Positions 60,955 through 64,000 of a stretch of DNA of 64,000 bases are shown here, piece after piece. How positions within the stretch are numbered: the first letter of the stretch is position 1; the number at the start of each line of letters is the position of its first letter. The DNA is taken from assembly GCF_009914755.1 (NCBI RefSeq), contig NC_060929.1. One strand, written 5' to 3'. Below the pieces are notes generated by a model. The model searched no databases and was not told the origin of the DNA. It saw only the letters and a list, made by a program, of their open reading frames with translations. This DNA comes from the human T2T-CHM13v2.0 reference genome, Homo sapiens. Position numbers and translations under genes: made by a program.

Positions 60955-61400
60955 TCTATTAGAGTAAAGCTAAGCTGCAGTAACAAAGTAACAAATCACA
61001 CAGTGGCTTAAAGCACGTAGAAGTTTATTTTCTCTCAAATACCAGTCCTCAGATGAAGGGTCCTTGGTGATGGAACTGCTGTGCTCCACATGATCATTCA
61101 GGGATCCAGGTCCTGTCCATCTTGTCGCTTTGCCATCATATGGACTTTCACCCTCATCTGCATGGGTGCAGTTCATAGGAAGGTGAAGAGCAGGGAGGAG
61201 GCCATTGTCTTAAGGCCCATACTTAGGAGTGGTGTCTATTACCTCCCCTCACATGCCGGCAGGCGGTGCGCTTAGCCACGTGACCACATTGAATTGCACA
61301 GCAGGCTGCGAAATGCAGTCTCTAGCTGAGCAGCCACATGCCCTTGATCACATGGAAGAAGTGAGAGCGTGTTGAGGGGGCAACTTTCAATGTCCCCAAC
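60955..61400. mobile_element. MLT1 LTR (old)
   Basis: taagctgcagtaacaaa...cagtggcttaaagcac...gaagtttattttctctc...cattcagggatccagg. Confidence 0.6.
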
Positions 61401-62104
61401 TCCTGTTCCAGCTCTGCCAGACCCCTCTATGTGTTGCGGGGCATGATTGCGTGTAAACTCCAGACCATTTAGGTAAAGAAGGAAAACATCTCTGGCAAGG
61501 TGGGAAATACGTGCCTCATCATTCTGCTTTTGCATTTCAGAATCAAGATCTGAAGAGCTTGCAAAAAAGTTATTTTAGTGCTGAAAAGTAGGAACGTGGC
61601 AGATGTGACTAACAAAACAGTCCTTGTGCATCTGCTAGGGAGCACAGATTTTCTTTTTTTCTCCAATATAACAAATTACAATCCATCTGGGATTTGAGAA
61701 GTCTGAGCTAAGGTTTCTGGATCTGTTTGCATGTGGAACAACGATGAAAAGAAGAAAATGATAAGTCAGTTTTAAAGAACTTTTCTTGTGTTTCAAGTGG
61801 AAAGAAGGCTTGAGAATTTTTTTACATTTTACTCTGGTGTAGAAGGACGGTGATATTTAAAGAGTTAGAATGAGCATTAAAACAAAGACATGAAAATAAT
61901 CGAACCCATCAATTGTATTTTTATATGCTGGCACTAAGACCTTAAAAATAATAATGTATCTAATTCTCACAAAAATATGTTAAAATGAGGACTATCATGT
62001 CCATTTTAAAGAGACGAAATGGAGGCAGATAATTTGTGTAAAGTCAAACAGCTAGTAAGTCTTGGATCTGGGAGTTGAAGTTAGATCATTTGGCTCGAGT
62101 CTAT

Positions 62105-62395
62105 CAGAGACCTGCAACCCTTTTCTGTAGTGCATCATATAGTAAATCTTTTGGGCTTTGCAGACATGCAGTCTCTGCTGCAACTGCTCAGCTCTGCTGT
62201 GTAGCATGAGAGCAGCCATAGACAATATGAAAATGAGTGAGTGTGGCCGTGTTCCAATAAAACTTTATTAATGAACACTAAAATTAAGTTCATAGAATTC
62301 CACATCACAAAATATTTTTCTTTTTGAACTTTTTCAACTACTTACAAGTGTAAAAACCATTTTTACCTTGTGGGCCATTGTTTGCTGACCCCGGG
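62105..62395. mobile_element. MER58 hAT DNA transposon
   Basis: atagtaaatcttttgggctttgcag...gcagccatagacaatatg...gtgttccaataaaactttatt...tttgctgacccc. Confidence 0.75.
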
Positions 62396-62561
62396 TCTAT
62401 GCAGTTAACCTTGACCTTTTTCAACATGTTAAAGAGGTTAACCCACATTTACCGAGGGCCACTGACCTGGGCACTGTGTGGGGCGCTCCATGTCCTGGTC
62501 CACGGACTTGCTAGTCCACAGACTTGCTACCTTCATCTATAGGTAGCTCCTGCTACCGTTA

Positions 62562-63155
<594 letters not shown>

Positions 63156-63203
63156 TTAATCAGCAGCGAGCACATCAGGCACACTCGTTGCTGCCCCTTC
63201 TCA

Positions 63204-63312
63204 TCCCGCATTCCCTCTGCTTTGGTCAGGTGGTGCCCTCCTTCCATGGGTAGAGCCAGAGATGGTGGGTTCTGGCTGGTCAGATGGGAGTGGACAGAGA
63301 CCCGGGGTCCTC
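63204..63312 (+). ncRNA. MIR6131: Annotated MIR6131 precursor (mature GGCTGGTCAGATGGGAGTG at 63274-63292); authenticity doubtful
   Basis: Matches the recalled hsa-miR-6131 mature and precursor sequence, in its expected position downstream of ROPN1L. Confidence 0.7.
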
Positions 63313-63486
63313 CCGGCTTCATGACTGCACGTGGTGGGCCCTGCACTGTGTGTCTACTGGGATGGATCAAGGTGCAACCAGAGAAACCTTGAGCCTTCTC
63401 CAGATACTTGAGTGGTAGCTGAGTTCCTGCAGCCTCTGTGAGCTCCCTTCTGAGCCTCTGGCTCCCAGTTTCCCAGTACCCTTTCT

Positions 63487-63945
63487 GTATTAGCTTCCTG
63501 GGGCTGCCCCGACAAAGTATCACAAACTCAGGGGCTTCCGCAACAGAGATTTATTCTCTCACAGTCCTGGAGGCTAGAAATTTTTGGACTTCTAGCTTCC
63601 CGGACTTGATTGGCAGGGCCACACTTCCTTCTAAGGCTCTGGCTGGGGGTGGGGGTCCTTCCTGCTTCTGCCAGCTTCTGGTGATGCTGACAATCCCTGG
63701 CATTCCTTGGCGTGTGGGTGCATTACTCCAATCTCTGCCTCCCTCTTCACATGGTCTTCTCTGTGCGTACGACTGTGCATCCTCTCCTCTCGTAAAGGGC
63801 AGCAGTCGTTGGATTTAGAGCTCACCCTACTGTGGTATGATCTCATCTTAATTACATCTGCAACAGCCCTGTTTCCAAATAGGGCCACATTCTGAGGTTC
63901 TGGGTGGACATGAATTTTGGGGTGGGAAACACTCTTCAAGCCAGT
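63487..63945. mobile_element. MLT1 LTR
   Basis: tgtattagcttcctggggctgcc...tttattctctcacagtcctggaggctag...taattacatctgcaacagccctgtttccaaata. Confidence 0.78.
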
Positions 63946-64000
63946 AAATCTTCCTCCCCAAATCTTGCTAGGTTTCCAATGCCTAAAAGAAGTGCTAATT

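Overview
Human genomic DNA from the MARCHF6-ROPN1L locus on chromosome 5p15.2, recognised from the encoded proteins; a human-specific AluYb8 supports human origin. The + strand carries the last six coding exons of MARCHF6 (669-18863) and a long AT-rich 3' UTR with several poly(A) signals out to about 25.5 kb. A CpG-island promoter (about 26.6-27.5 kb) follows, then all five coding exons of ROPN1L (27303-50127), which splice to a 230-aa protein. The annotated MIR6131 hairpin lies at 63204-63312. The rest is intronic or intergenic and rich in Alus, MaLR/ERV LTRs, DNA-transposon fossils, L1/L2 remnants and VNTRs; nearly all other ORFs in the track are repeat artefacts. I see no wholly new multi-gene system. 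Best leads: (1) a CpG-rich snaR/ASR-like Pol III retroelement in the MARCHF6 3' UTR beside an antisense Alu; (2) an optional 123-nt ROPN1L 5'-UTR intron that contains a strong-Kozak uORF; (3) a 59-bp templated insertion; (4) miR-6131 resembling a Y-RNA 5' fragment; (5) a young AluYb8 and a UGUA/G-tract VNTR in ROPN1L introns. Repeat subfamily names come from recalled consensus sequences, and repeat boundaries are approximate.
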